From Octopus sinensis (Eukaryota), in the NCBI RefSeq assembly GCF_006345805.1, contig NW_021833060.1:21200-85199 (forward strand): a stretch of DNA of 64,000 bases, written 5' to 3'. Under the pieces are notes generated by a model, which searched no databases, was not told the origin of the DNA, and saw nothing but the letters and a program-made list of their open reading frames with translations. A program made the translations under genes and the position numbers. Positions 1 to 13,500 of the stretch are shown piece after piece (position 1 is the first letter of the stretch; each line of letters starts with the position of its first letter).

Positions 1-607
1 AGATTGAGAATGTAATGAATATCATGAAGTAAGCATTATCATTAAGCATTATTCATTTGTTTAGTTGTTTATTTTATATTTGGTTTTCTAAACTGGCTTA
101 GGTTAGACATGTACTTATTTGAGACAGTATTTTATATTCGAATGCCTTTCTTGTCACCAACCTTTAATTATATTACAAGTACAGGTGTTATTTTTATATT
201 TCACTACTTCCAAAATTCAAAGTTATGAGACTTAATGTAAGCACAACACCATATCATTATTCATTTTAATGTTGTTGTTATTATTATAATTAATCAGTTT
301 AGATAATCTCATGCAAAGAAGTGGAAATAACAACTACCCACACATACAAATATGTACAAATACTCACACACACACACACACACACACGCGGGTGCGCACT
401 CACACACATACACACATGCTCTCACACACACATACACACACGCTCTCACACACACACACACATGCTCACACACACACACGCTCACACACACACACTCTCT
501 CTATATATATATATATACTTTTGCTGCTTAAAATAAAGCATATTACTCTACCACTGGTATTTGAGTACTCTTTTTTCCACCTTGTTTCACATTTATGTGT
601 TTACTCC

Positions 608-656
<49 letters not shown>

Positions 657-734
657 CTCTCTCTCTCACACACACACACACACATGCACACAGGTTTAGA
701 AATAGTTTCTGTTTATAAAATAAATGGATAATAC

Positions 735-1200
735 TTAATCCTGTTAGCATTCAGATTACACTGTCAAATATAGTCCTTCCTACTAAAGGTACAAGGCCTG
801 AAATCTTGTTGGGGCAGGACTAGATTAAATTAACCCCAATGCTAAACTGATTGAGTATTTCATCAACCCCAAAAGGATGAATGACACAGTTGACTCATTT
901 TACTAAACAAACTCAGATTCTAAATGATAGTTTGAACTCAGAATGTAAAGCCAGAAGAAATGCTGCTAAGCCTTTTGTCCAGTATGCTGATGATTCTGTC
1001 AGCTCACCACCTTATTCTGTCAAATATAATGCTTATTTGCATTGATTTGAATTAATCGTGCATTATTTTGCAACTTTTAAAAATATAACTTATCTATGGA
1101 ATGACATTGTAAGGTAGATGTGAGAGGCAGGATCTGGCCTGTTTGAGCATAAAAGATGTAGAATATTTGGGCCAGATATGGCCTGTTTAAATATTAAGGA
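735..1200. mobile_element. TTAA-type (piggyBac-like) MITE interrupted by a tRNA-headed SINE at 773-1016
   Basis: The MITE halves match intact copies at 11477-11691 and 11949-12155. The SINE is flanked by a 12-bp direct repeat CTGTCAAATATA (761-772 and 1017-1028). Confidence 0.75.
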
Positions 1201-1659
1201 TATCATACCATAAAGAGTGTAGAACATATGAAATAAATTTAGAACAGACAGCAAAAATGCTGGAAAAAAATCTAGCAGTAAGATTAAAATAAAGCTAAAT
1301 AACACACTCAAAATTCAACATAACAGAGACATGAGATACCATCCACACTTTTTCCAAACTCTATTATTAGCTGCTAAGCTGGGAAAGTATTGATTTTTAA
1401 TCATGCTTTGACTGTGGTATAACAAATTGCTGGTATCAAAACTGAAAATGAGTCATATCTATAATTATTTATCAATTTCAGTAAATTTAACATGGTTAAT
1501 CATCAGTTATCAGAGAAAGCAACTGCAGAATATTTAATTATATAACTAGTTTAAATGAATAAAAAGAGCCACCAAGTAGATGTTGTAAGGTGTCTAGTAA
1601 ATATACTCTAAACTGCAAAAGAAATGTGATTATTTTTCAAAATGTTGGTGCAGACAGAG

Positions 1660-2250
1660 AGAAAGGCATCAAAGCGCAGCGCTATGTTGATCAGATCCTA
1701 AGACCTTACATCATGCCCTTCTTCACATGTCACCATAGCCACATGCTCCAGCAGGACAATGCTCCTTCCCACATGGCCAAGTTCACCATGGACTTCCTGC
1801 ATCAGTACAACATTAGAACCATGCTGTATCTGGCTCTCAACCCAGATTTGAATCCATTTGAATACCTGTATGATGAAATCCAGAGATGGCTGAACCAGGT
1901 GGTCCCAAGGCTGGCAACACATGTGGAGCTGGAGGCAGCTTTCCTCAGGGTGTGGGCACAGGTGCCAATGGCTTTTGTGAACTGCCTCAGGCACTCCATG
2001 TACTGATGGTGTACAGCTGTTTTTGAGTGCCCAAGGAGGGCATACACGGTATTGAACATGTCATGCCCTACAATCTCAATGTGCTGGATTCGCCCACTAC
2101 CAGAACACGTGATGATGACTCATAGATTGAGGTTAAACTGCATTCAAGAAATTGACTTTATCAGATTTATCAAAATTCATCTCTGACATAATGAAATTAA
2201 AACATATTTCACAGTCATACACGTCTCCTGTTTCTCTTGCAGTTCAGTCT
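1660..2250 (+). mobile_element. Tc1-like transposon relic: C-terminal DDE transposase fragment and probable right end
   Basis: AQRYVDQILRP...LQQDNAPSH...NPDLNPFEYLYDEIQR...ELEAAFLRVWAQVP (QDNA.H and PDLNPIE motifs), with a stop at 2004-2006. Confidence 0.9.
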
Positions 2251-2299
2251 ACAATGATCACATGGAAATATATAAAATTCCTGGATTTGAGTTGGTACA

Positions 2300-2700
2300 A
2301 TAGAGTTGTGTAGCATTTGGGACACGTGAATGATTTTCATCATCAATTACAAGGATGTTTCCACTTGCACAACCCTATATACATGCACTACACTAACACA
2401 CACACCGCTACCCCTTTATGCTTCTTTCCAGACATGGATGCATTCAATATACTTACACCTGCACACCTACCTCTTCTCTTTGAACTCCCCTATAATATCA
2501 CAGCATTCCCACTTGGTTTCTAACCCTTTGCCTATTTCTTTTTATTGAATATATCTCTTTCTCACTCCCATATATGCTTTTCCCTTTCTTTTCTTCTGAT
2601 AAAGGACTAATGTCCAAAACATTAAGACACTCTCTCTTTCCAATGAAGCATTAGGCTAACATTGGGTTTGTTCAAATTTGTTCCTCCTACATTTTCCTTT
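2300..2700 (+). mobile_element. Decayed Penelope-like 3' terminal repeat with a degenerate hammerhead
   Basis: TCTT-CTGATAA-A-GGAC-TAAT-GTCC-AAAACATT-AAGA at 2592-2627 has the same layout as the motif at 57607-57640. Confidence 0.5.
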
Positions 2701-3059
2701 TTATTGTTCACTGTGTGTGTGTATGATTCTTCTTTGAGCCTTATTTTCTTCTTAAAAGAGTTCAAGCTGGTCACTAACAAAGCAACAAAACTTTTTAGTC
2801 AAAAGAGTTTCCAGTGTTTGTAAATATGAGGTTGAGTTGGTGTGTTGGTTGAGCTGTTGATGCACCCACCCAGTTGTGTGCATCTCTTCACCTAAAGAAT
2901 CTCAAATGGACATTCTTCAAAATGTCTAACAAATCTTCACTGTGTCACTAACAGACTGGATTTGGAGAATTCACATCAGTTTATTTATTTATTTATTCAT
3001 TTATTTATATGTGTGAGTGAGTGTGTATGTGTATTCAAACATACATACATACATACATA

Positions 3060-3294
3060 CAGTGGTTCTCAACCAGGGTCTATATAAGATTTTGTTGTTA
3101 AAATTTATGAGCAATGAATTGGTTATACTTCTACAATACACAAAGTGTTTTAATATTTTTATACAATTCCTACTAATATTTAATTATAGAAATATAATAG
3201 GATTTTTTAAACATCAAATGACTAGGAGGATCCATTGAGTAAAATAGGGATCAAAGGGGTCCATAAGTAAAAACAAAATGGCCAAGAAACACTG
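3060..3294. mobile_element. hAT/Charlie-type MITE
   Basis: CAGTGGTTCTCAA left end and degenerate AAGAAACACTG right end; internally similar to 23721-23973 and 47037-47278. Confidence 0.75.
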
Positions 3295-3369
3295 TTGTAA
3301 ATGAATGTCACTGTCATACAAGCAGTGTTATTCATTTCCAATATTCCACTAAAACATGTCTGGTCATGG

Positions 3370-3575
3370 TGAAATATTTTTTTCTACTCTAGGCACAAGC
3401 CCCAAATTTTTGAGGAGGGAGCCAGTCAATAAGATCGACCCTATTACACAAATAGTACTTAATTTATCGACCCTGAAAGGATAAAAGGCAAAGTCGACCT
3501 CAGCGGAATTTGAACTCAGAACATAAAGACAGATGAAATATTGCTAAGCTAATGTTTCTGCCAGCTCACCACCTT
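3370..3575 (-). mobile_element. tRNA-headed SINE (family B, ggcggcgagctggcagaa... head)
   Basis: Matches many copies in the window (gacctcagcggaatttgaactcagaac core). Confidence 0.75.
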
Positions 3576-3839
3576 AATCATGGGTAAATATTACATTGCT
3601 AGGAAACAGGTCACAGTTGGTGACAGAAAATGCATCCAGCTGTAAAAAATCTGCCTCAATAAACTCTGCCTAACCCATGCAAGCATGGAAAAGTGGATGT
3701 TAAAACCAAGATGATGATAATCATAAGAAATTTGTATTTCTATATTTATGAATATTTTCAGAAAGTATTAGAAATAATTAAAAATTATTACAAAAATAAT
3801 GTCCATACAAGAAACTTTAAATACTCTTAGATAACTTAC

Positions 3840-3990
3840 CTCTAAAAACCAGCTTCCAGCATTGAGTTTCCGCAATTCATCAAATGTAAATGTAGAAGCA
3901 TCATCATCCACTCGGTCGGGATATACTTCTTCAATATTGGTTGTCCGTCGTAATGTTTTGTCATGTAAAATAAACGGAATTCCATCTAAA
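3840..3990 (-). CDS. GDPD5: GDPD5-like exon ([50 protein letters not shown])
   Basis: ttacag|T acceptor, GAG|gtaagt donor, 151 bp; second catalytic His (LHD) and LNAGSWF; lies within ORF-track 3768..4016. Confidence 0.97.
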
Positions 3991-6900
3991 CTGTAAGAAA
4001 ATATTTCAAATGACACATGTATGATTATCTGTGGTCAAACTTCCTTACTATCACTTCTAACCACACACATACAAGAACTCCATCGGTTATGATTACAAGG
4101 GCCCCAGTTGATCTGATTAACAGAGCAGCCAGCTCATGGAATGAACATGCCTAGTGGCTGGGACCAATTAATACCATGTGTGTAAGTTTGATTCACAGAA
4201 ACTGTAGAAAACCTATATGACATCTAAATGCACACATACATACCACCACCACCACTGCTATATATATATAGTCCTTTTTCGGATCTAGTTTTTTTCATTA
4301 GCAAAGTATGTATTTTTTAAAACGAGGTAAAAGGTCTGAAAATTGGCTATACTAATGTAGCCTTCCAGTCTCGTTGTTTTGAAAGTATGATGTTGTGGAG
4401 AAAAAAGTTACAGGGGCTTAAAAATTGAAAAAACTGGATATTTTTAGCCAATAGCAAGACATAAATGTGTCAACTTTAAGGTTGTACCCTGTGAAATTTG
4501 TAGTTTAGCATCTAACTTGTTCATTGTACGTTTTTAAATAAACAGAAATACCTAATTTTATTGTAGGTTTCTAAATAAACATGTATCATCTTACTGTTTC
4601 TTTTGTCTCTTCATTAATTTTATGATTTTATTATTTTTTTAATTTGTTATATTAATATATTTGTCTGCATGTGTTATTTTATGTGTACTTCAGTATTATG
4701 TATACCTGCCATGTATTTATGTAAATCATTAATATATATATAAGTACATGCCTCTGTGTGTGTGTGTGAGTGTGTGTGTGTGTGTGTGAGTGTGTGTGTG
4801 TGTGCATGCATGTGTGTGCATGCATGTGTGATGCATGTATGTGTGGGTGGGTTTTGGGGTTTGTGTGTGAAGGGGGTTTGTGTGGGTTGGAGGGGGGGGG
4901 CGTGTGTGTGTGTTTGAAAAGGGGGTGTCCCAATTTGTCCCAAGGAAAAGAATACCTGTATCATATATGTTTTTTGCCTGCAGAATTAAAAAATAATGTC
5001 AAATTATCTGCATCACCCACAGTTTCTGTTCCACGATATCCCTCTCAGTTCCTGTAACGTGTGCTAAATCTAAGTTAAGCTGTTGAAATGTGAAGCTAAC
5101 GGTTTAAGAAATACTCCTAATTAAAACTTTTATGAATAGAATTAACCTAGTGAAATCATAAATCCAGCAATCTGAGTCAATGAGTCCCAAAAATATATGA
5201 AATGAAAAATATGTAAAAATACTAAGTGTAAAATATCAACACAGACAACAGTGAACCACAACACAGTGTGCGGTTGTCATGGTAACACGCTACTAATGCT
5301 ATGCTGTCTGTTGATTGGCTAAAATTACCCAAATTTCCCAACTTTAATTCCAATTAACATCATATTCTTTAATTTACGAGATAAAGTAATTGGTTGGTCG
5401 CAATCAAAATTCAGAGTTGTATCGATACACCAAAATTGAAAGCAATCTTAGCAAAATTAAGAGGGGTACTTATTTTGTGAATGAGAAAGAGCAGATCCCC
5501 TTTTTCCTCTAATATATATACATGTAATTAAGGTTCCATTTAATTAGGTACTTAAATTGAGGTACCTTACTAGGTTGGTATAATCCATACACCCAAGCAA
5601 TATCAATTGGATATTGAATATCAAGACTCCATGCAGGGTTGTTTGTACCTGAGATTCCTGCCATATGTGCAGACAATGCAACCTAGCTAAGTGATGATAT
5701 CCACTCCTGATATCCTGCTACAGCTATGTCAAAAGAAACAATATAAATATTTTGGGTTTGGTTATTAATGTGAATATATTAAGGAAATGGTTATATATCC
5801 TTTATGTTTGAAGTCTATGTGGTCACCTGACAAGAATGGTTTCTTTTGAATGATGTAATGTTTTCATTAATCAATTAAAGGAGTCGCTTGTAACAGCCAT
5901 AATGATTTGACACCTGTACATCTTTGTTACTCATTTAATATAAGCTTATCTGTACAGATTATTTATAGAGTGCAGAGCTTCAGAGCCAGCACTCAAAGTT
6001 ATGATATTTTGTATACAATTATGTAAACTATGTGATTGAAGACAGAAAAATAGGTAATGAGTGTATATGCATATTTCAAGTGTTCTTGTTCTTTCATCAG
6101 TACCACATCCAACCATCAACAAGTACACTGCTTAAATACCCACTAAATTTAGCCGTGTAACACTACTGGATAGACCAATTTACATATTAAACATATTCCT
6201 GGCAAACAGTGTGTAAATATCAATGGCTAGCAAGGACATTGTATTTCATTTTGCAGCCATAATAGTCTACCAAGTATATTAAAGGTTCACAAGTCAATAC
6301 TATCTTGCTTTTTGTTTCAACAGTGTGACGTTCTCATTTTTAATCTTATCTCTATTGATTTTCTATAGATTTCAGAGCCACCACTGAAAGTTACAATGCT
6401 TTGTATACAAATACATTTACAAAAACAATGCAACCAAAGACAGAAAAATAGGTAATGGCTGTATATGCATGTTTCAATTCATTTGTATACAGTTGATGGG
6501 TTGGATGTGGTGGTAGTGGAAGAGCAATAACTCTTGAAATAGGATCACCAAACTCTATCAAGAGAGTAACTGTAATGTGTCCATAGGGATGGTATCTATG
6601 GTTCTGTAATCAACTATGATGCAAGCTCCCAATTCAAATTGATAATAATGGAACTGGATGGTGACAGAGAGTAATTTTCTGTCACTAATTCTCACCTGTT
6701 TTTAAAGGGAGTTTTCATTGCACATGTATTTGAAAGCAAAACTGCCAAATGATTTGTTTACAGGGAATTGACAAAAGACAACATTGACTCTGGCCCGACA
6801 AGTTTTCATACAAGTGCAGACATAGACACACACACACACACATAGACCTTGTACAGATTCCATGTATCAATTTAACTAAGAAATCATTGGTTAATCTAGG

Positions 6901-9900
6901 ACTATAATAAAAGACACCCATATTGCCATGCAGGACTAAACCCAAAACCATATGGTTGAGAAGTGAACTTCTTGACCACATAGCTATTACTGCATCTTAT
7001 TTAACCACAAATATTTCTAATAGAGAAAACTGAATCACCAGTTATCAGGAATGGGTTATAACTGAGAAATAACTTATAGAATTTATATTTCAAAATGTAG
7101 AAAGAAACAATGTAATTTACCTTATTCGTACATCTGACTCAAATCCATAGACACTTTGGTTCGCAGCTAATTGGAATGCAACTAAAGTATTCTCAGGTGC
7201 AACCTTGCAAGAAAATTTTTAAAATACAAAAGAACTGAATTTAAATTTGGTTAAATATAATCCAACAGTAACATATTGAGAGATTTCTAGCTAAAAAAAT
7301 ACTGTGTCTAATTTTAAAATATTGGTGAACTTTATTTATTACAATTTAATTACAAGGAAACAAGAAACAGAAAAAGAAATATAAGATGGTGGGAGAGGGA
7401 GTAATGGGCCACACCCCCCAGAATAAATGGCATGTTCAGCTACATCCCACAGATATGACCACAATGGTATTGCTGCAGAGAATGGCTAGTGACACTTGCT
7501 ACAGCAGCCACTTCACCTTGTAGGGTTCATTCTCATACAGGCTACCATTATCTCAATTTTGCAGACAAAAACAGTAGTGCAGGATCTGAGAACAGCTGAG
7601 GTCTCAGCAGTGACCAACACAAACTGATAGCAGCCCATCAGACCCCTGTATTTATTGATTCGTCTTTCCTTTGCATTACAGACAATCTGTTGCTCCCCCA
7701 CTCCATTTTCTGCTACTTTATTCCCATCCTACTTTTTCTTCTCCTGTTTTAAATTCAAGTGTTTTCTCTCATCTTCACTGATGAATATGGCCAAGAAATG
7801 CAGTACATTAAAATGGAATGTCAATCTTTTAAAAATATTATTATTATTACTATTATTATTTATTGTTAAGGCAGTGAGCTGGCAGAATTGTTGGCATTCC
7901 AAGGCTATAGTAGAAGGCACTTGCTCAAGGTGCCACACAGAGTGACTGATGTATACTTCTATCACATTTCAATCATTTTCCCATTTCTTCCTTCCTTTCC
8001 TTTATGTATTCTGTCCTTGTGATGTCCCCACTCATCTTATGTCCCTCTTGCTAATAAAAGAAATTAGTATTATTATTATTATTATCATTGTTATTATTTA
8101 CATAGGCTCAAAACTGGAAGTTTTGGAGAAGTACTCTATTCTATGAACCCTCAAAAAGATGGAAGGCAAAGTTCACTTCAGCTTTGAACTCAGGAGAAAA
8201 TACCACAAAGCATTTATTCCAATATTTTGACGATTCTACCAAAACCACAACAACAATAATAATTATATTCATTCCAACTCATTGCTTTGTTTCTCAGTTA
8301 TATTTGTATTTGATAGAATAAAAGATGCACAGACATATTAGATGCATCCCAATTTCAGCAGTGCATGTTCAGGAAAAAGCAAGTATCAGGGACAAAATTA
8401 GCATATGGAAGGTTCAACTCCACATATAGGAGCAGGGGTGATTTTTTGAGACATCTTTTTGGAACACAATGCATCTTATATTCCATCAAATATGGTACTT
8501 CTATTGACATGTATGATTTCAGACACATTCAAAGTTATCTCCCTTACTCACTCAACTAATAATATTTTACTTTAGTCATGTGATCTGTAACGGAAAAAAT
8601 CATGAAAATAATAGATTTATTACATATATTCAGTCAACACCTCTTTATAATTACATTATAATTACTTTATAATTACATTTGGGTTAAACTATATATTATT
8701 ATCATTATAAAGGCGGCAATCTGGCAGAATTGTTACCATGCCAAACAAAATACTTAGCAGCATTCCTTCTGGCTGTACATTCAGAGTTCAAATTCAGTTA
8801 AGGTCAACTGTATCTTTCATCCTTTTTGGGTCAATGAAAGAAGTACCAGTTGAGCATTGAGGTTGATGTAATGGACTGTCCCCACTCGCACAAAATTACA
8901 GGTCCGGTGCCTAGTAAAAAGGATTATTATTGTGGATGTTGCTCTTATTACTTCACTGTTTTCAATTTCCTGTTTACTCATAAAGTCTAGAAAGAAGGAC
9001 AATACCCATGACCTTTGCAGCACCTTCAAGACCAGTGAGTTTCATGAAGCTAATTTTCTGTTTCTATTGTCTTCAAGGACAATGTCTGATTGTTTGTATC
9101 TCTATTTCTATGAGTATTGATGGAACATGTTACAGAGAATTGTGTAGTGATATTAATTGGTCACTGGTTCTCAGACATGCTTAATTAATAAAATATCAAT
9201 GATTTTGATTTTCATTTCGTTGAGGAATTATACTGAGAAACCTAATTATCTAAGTTTACACATTTAGATTTGGCCAATAATAAACATCAACTTTTACTGT
9301 ATTGTAACCACAAGGCTTACATTTAAAGTTTCCACAGGTTTTAAAGACTGTATGCCTTGTGACCCTGGCTCAGTTTTGAGTTGTTAACATGTAACTTAGT
9401 TTCCTTGATAAGCACTTTTCACCACCACCACCACTACCATCATCACCATCATCATTTAATGTCAGTTTCCCATGCTGGCATGTGTTGGATGGCCTGACAG
9501 AATTGGCAAGGTTAGGGGCAACACCAGGTCCTATACCTTGCTTTTGGCTTTGTTTCTACAACTGGATGCCCTTCCTAATGCCAAACACTTTACAGAGTGC
9601 ACTGGATACTTTTTATGTGGCACCAGCACCAGTGTTTTTTACATGATACCATTACTACTGTTTTTTCACATGGAAGCATCACCACAGTTTTTTACATGGC
9701 ACCATCACCTGTGCTTTTTATGTAGCACCAGTAAATTTTTACATGGCACTGTGGTTTTAGGATATCAATTCTGTTATGGAGAATGGGTCTTCTAACCTAC
9801 ATGTGAGTTTCTTGTTCTAATGTTCTGAAAAATTGCCCATATATGGGCTTGTCAATCAGTACTTTCTTCATAAAAATTTGAATTGCTTTCTTCACTTGCA

Positions 9901-10462
9901 GTTTAATGAGGTTAATAGTAGTGTCACTACAGTAGGTGAGATGTCTCCTTTACAAAAGTTGAATTTGTAATGTCCTGGCTAATGTGGAAAAGGAACTGTT
10001 ATTTCATTTCTAGATAACCACACTTCTTAGTGGATCTTTAACAACTAAAAAATATTTGCCTAGCTAGGATTGGCACAGGCTACTGACTGGTTTCTTCATA
10101 TTGTTATGACATGCTCGTGTTAATCAGAAAAAAACGTTTACTGCTCTTTGTAAACTAAATAGCTTGAGTTGTATTGTGTCAGATGTTGTTTGTAAGGCTG
10201 TAAAGTAATTATCATCAGTGTTGTGGTCATCACCATCATTGTTTTAATGTCCACATTTCAAAGCTAGCACGCTCAGATGCCCTTCCTGTTGCGAACCAGC
10301 ACCTGTCTCCATGCAAGATATTACCCCTTGGTTAGATATGGTTTTTTCTTTCACAAAAGACAACAAATGAATCACATCCTTTGTATGTTGGTGATGCTTG
10401 TTGACAGCTATCATGTGATGTCAAGACAAACACATACACACACGATCAGATGCATGAATGCA

Positions 10463-10503
<41 letters not shown>

Positions 10504-13500
10504 CAACCCATGCCAGCATGGAAAATGGATGTTAATCGATGATGATGATGATACACATGTTACTCTTTTACTTGTTTCAGTTATTTGACTGTGGCCATGC
10601 TGGAGCACTGCCTTTAGTTGAGCAAATCAACCCCAAAACTTATTCTTTGTAAGCCTAGCACTTATTCTATCAGTATCTTTTGCTGAACTGCTAAGTTACA
10701 GGGATGTAAACACATCAGCATCGATTGTCAAGTGATGTTGGAGGGACAAACACACACACACACACATATATATATACACACATTGTGAGACATGTTTTCT
10801 TAGTTTGAAATTTTCTTTTACAGTTTGCAGTCACTCTAATTTATTATAATGAATCTCTTATTTCACTTTAATATAATTATTATTATTAATAGTAAAACTG
10901 TGAACTCTGAAAACTATTACATACCACACAATAAATCAGACACTTAACAATTGTACAAGTGAAAAAGGTAAGGAGGAAGTAGCTGCAGACTATTCCAGAG
11001 TATTTTAGAGAAGGAATGGTTCAGCATCAGCATCATCATCATCAGCAGCAATTAATATCCACTCTCCATGCTGGCATCGGTTAGATGGTTTGACTGGAAC
11101 TGATGAGCCAGAGAGCTACACCAGGTTCTAGTCTGATTTGACATGGTTTATACAGCTGGATGTCCTTCCAATGCCAATTTGACAATTCAAATTCTTTTTT
11201 AACAGTTCATATGAAGAACAACTAAGTATTTTGGTTGAATATGAAAGCATCATGGTCAGTCATCAAAGCAACATGAAATTTTCAGCTAAATTTCCAACAA
11301 ATAAGATATCAAATTCAGGCCTTAGCATAAAATTACTAAATATGTTAAGCAGGAGAATACATGCCCACCATGTTCAGTACTCTGAAATAAACTGATTTAG
11401 TGTCCAAATGTAGTATCATATTTGTAATCATCAATGAAACAACAGCAAAGGAAACAACAGCTAGTTTAGTCAGCAGCCCTTTAGCACTTAACCAGGCCAT
11501 ATCCAGTCAAAATATTCTACAAGTTTAATGTTCAAACTGATCAGATCTCGCATCTTCCAGAATGTCATATTGAACACGAACAATCACATCATCAAAATCT
11601 CAAGCCTAGAAAATAATGCAGTATTAATTCAAAACGATGTGAATAAATACACATTACATCTGATTGAGTAATCTAAACTCTAAAAGGTTAAAATGGCAAT
11701 GAAACACGAGCCACATCTGCAGTTACTGAGAATGACTCAATCAACCTTCTTGTAAAGAAAGACAAACCATAAGAAAACACACAATTCACTATCATGGTGG
11801 TTGTTTAACCCCAGGTCGGTTGTGACTGATTAGACCTATAACCAAAAGCATTCAAGACAGGACAATCCTGTCCTTTCAAGGGTATCTAAGAGTACATTAT
11901 CCAATGTAACCTTTGGCTGCTATTTCTAGCAGGTCAAGTGACCTCATAATTCATTTAGCATTTAAACCGGCCATATCCATATTATGTTCAAACTGACCAG
12001 ATGTATCCTCTGACACCAACCTGACAATATCATTCTAAAAATTAACAGTTACCTCATCAAAATCTCAAAGCTGCAAGATAATGCATGATTAATTCAAAAC
12101 AAAGTGAACAAATAAGCATTATTTTTGACAGAATAATATGAATGCTAAAGGATTAGTTTGTTGCTTACAGGTTCATTAGACCAGAGTTTCTTTCAGTTTC
12201 TATGGGGTTTAAGAGTACAACACTCCTCCACTATAGAGAACTGCAGCCCATTTCAGGATTAAAACCACTTCCTCTGGGATTACTTTTCAGCTGAATGAAA
12301 TGGGGCATGTGAAATGAAATGCCTTGTTCAAACACACTATGCACAAGATCAAGAATTGAACCAATGCCTTTATCAAAAGGCCACACACCAACATAATTGC
12401 AAAGCGGTCACATTGAATGACTAACTATTCATTAGTTTTACAAGTTGGGCTTATGTCTTTTAATGGGCAAAAGCTGCACCAGACTGACACCTTTGACTTC
12501 CTTAACAATGTAAAAGCTACAATAACCTCCAGCGTACACTATTTATAATGAAAAATGCTGTTCGCTGCTAAAGTACACTCACACACAAATTCAGTAAAAT
12601 TAGATTCTACTCAAATTACATTCCATATAGCAACCCACCCAACTCCATCAATTTACAAGCTGAATATTGATCGAAAGACAATAAATGGATGTGTACTAAC
12701 GATGTGTCTACTAACACCAAATATTCATTACTTTCTAAAACAAATAAAAGGAAATCTATTTTAACAAAAAACAGAAAAACAACAAGATACACTGAACAAT
12801 GGTGAAAATACTATTAATAGATTTGTAGCAGAAGATATTCTGATATTTTTAGACTTGATTATTTAAAGTTCCTGGTTCTACAAGACATGTCTGAGACATT
12901 TGAGAACCAAACTTGATACTTTGCAATATTCAATATAAGTGTAGACATCACTGTGTGGTTAAAAAGTTTCCTTCCCATCTGCATGGTTTCAGGTTCAGTC
13001 CCACTGTGTAACATCTTGGTGTCTTCTACTTTAACCCTGTCAATATACATATGCTTCAGAGAAAAGCATTAGTCAAGTAGAGAGTGTAATGAGAGATTAC
13101 ATAAATGACAAGAGAACCAGAAATTACGTTATGAACTTCATTATCTTACAGCTGTTTCTGGTACAATATGCAAGGAACTCATAGTTGAGTGTTTGAGTAT
13201 CACTTTATAATAGAAACAGTGGTAACCTAATGAAGTTCATTACATCATTTCTTGTTCCTTATCATTTATATTTGTTTGTTTGTTTGTTTGTGTGTGTGTG
13301 AGAAAGAGGGAGAGAGAGTATGTATACATTTATGTCGCCTTGTCTTGACAACACATGATAGTTGTGTCACTGTCATACAAAGTAGTATCATTCATTACCA
13401 ATATTCTGCATAAACCTGTCCACTGATGGGGTAATAGTGATTTGCATGGAAACAGGTAAGGGTTGGTGACAGGAAGGGCATCCAGCAATAGAAAAATCGG

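Noticed and set aside
309-718. ORFs rich in HT/CV/IY dipeptides (also 4674-5057, 19050-19322, 27118-27462, 56196-56517 and others)
   Set aside because: They are translations of (CA)n and (TA)n microsatellites, which lack stops in some frames.
1335-1460. Minus-strand frame ...MIKNQYFPSLAANNRVW..., resembling the next GDPD exon (NQ..PSL)
   Set aside because: No phase-0 acceptor in frame, no DPF motif at the start, and a poor donor; likely chance.
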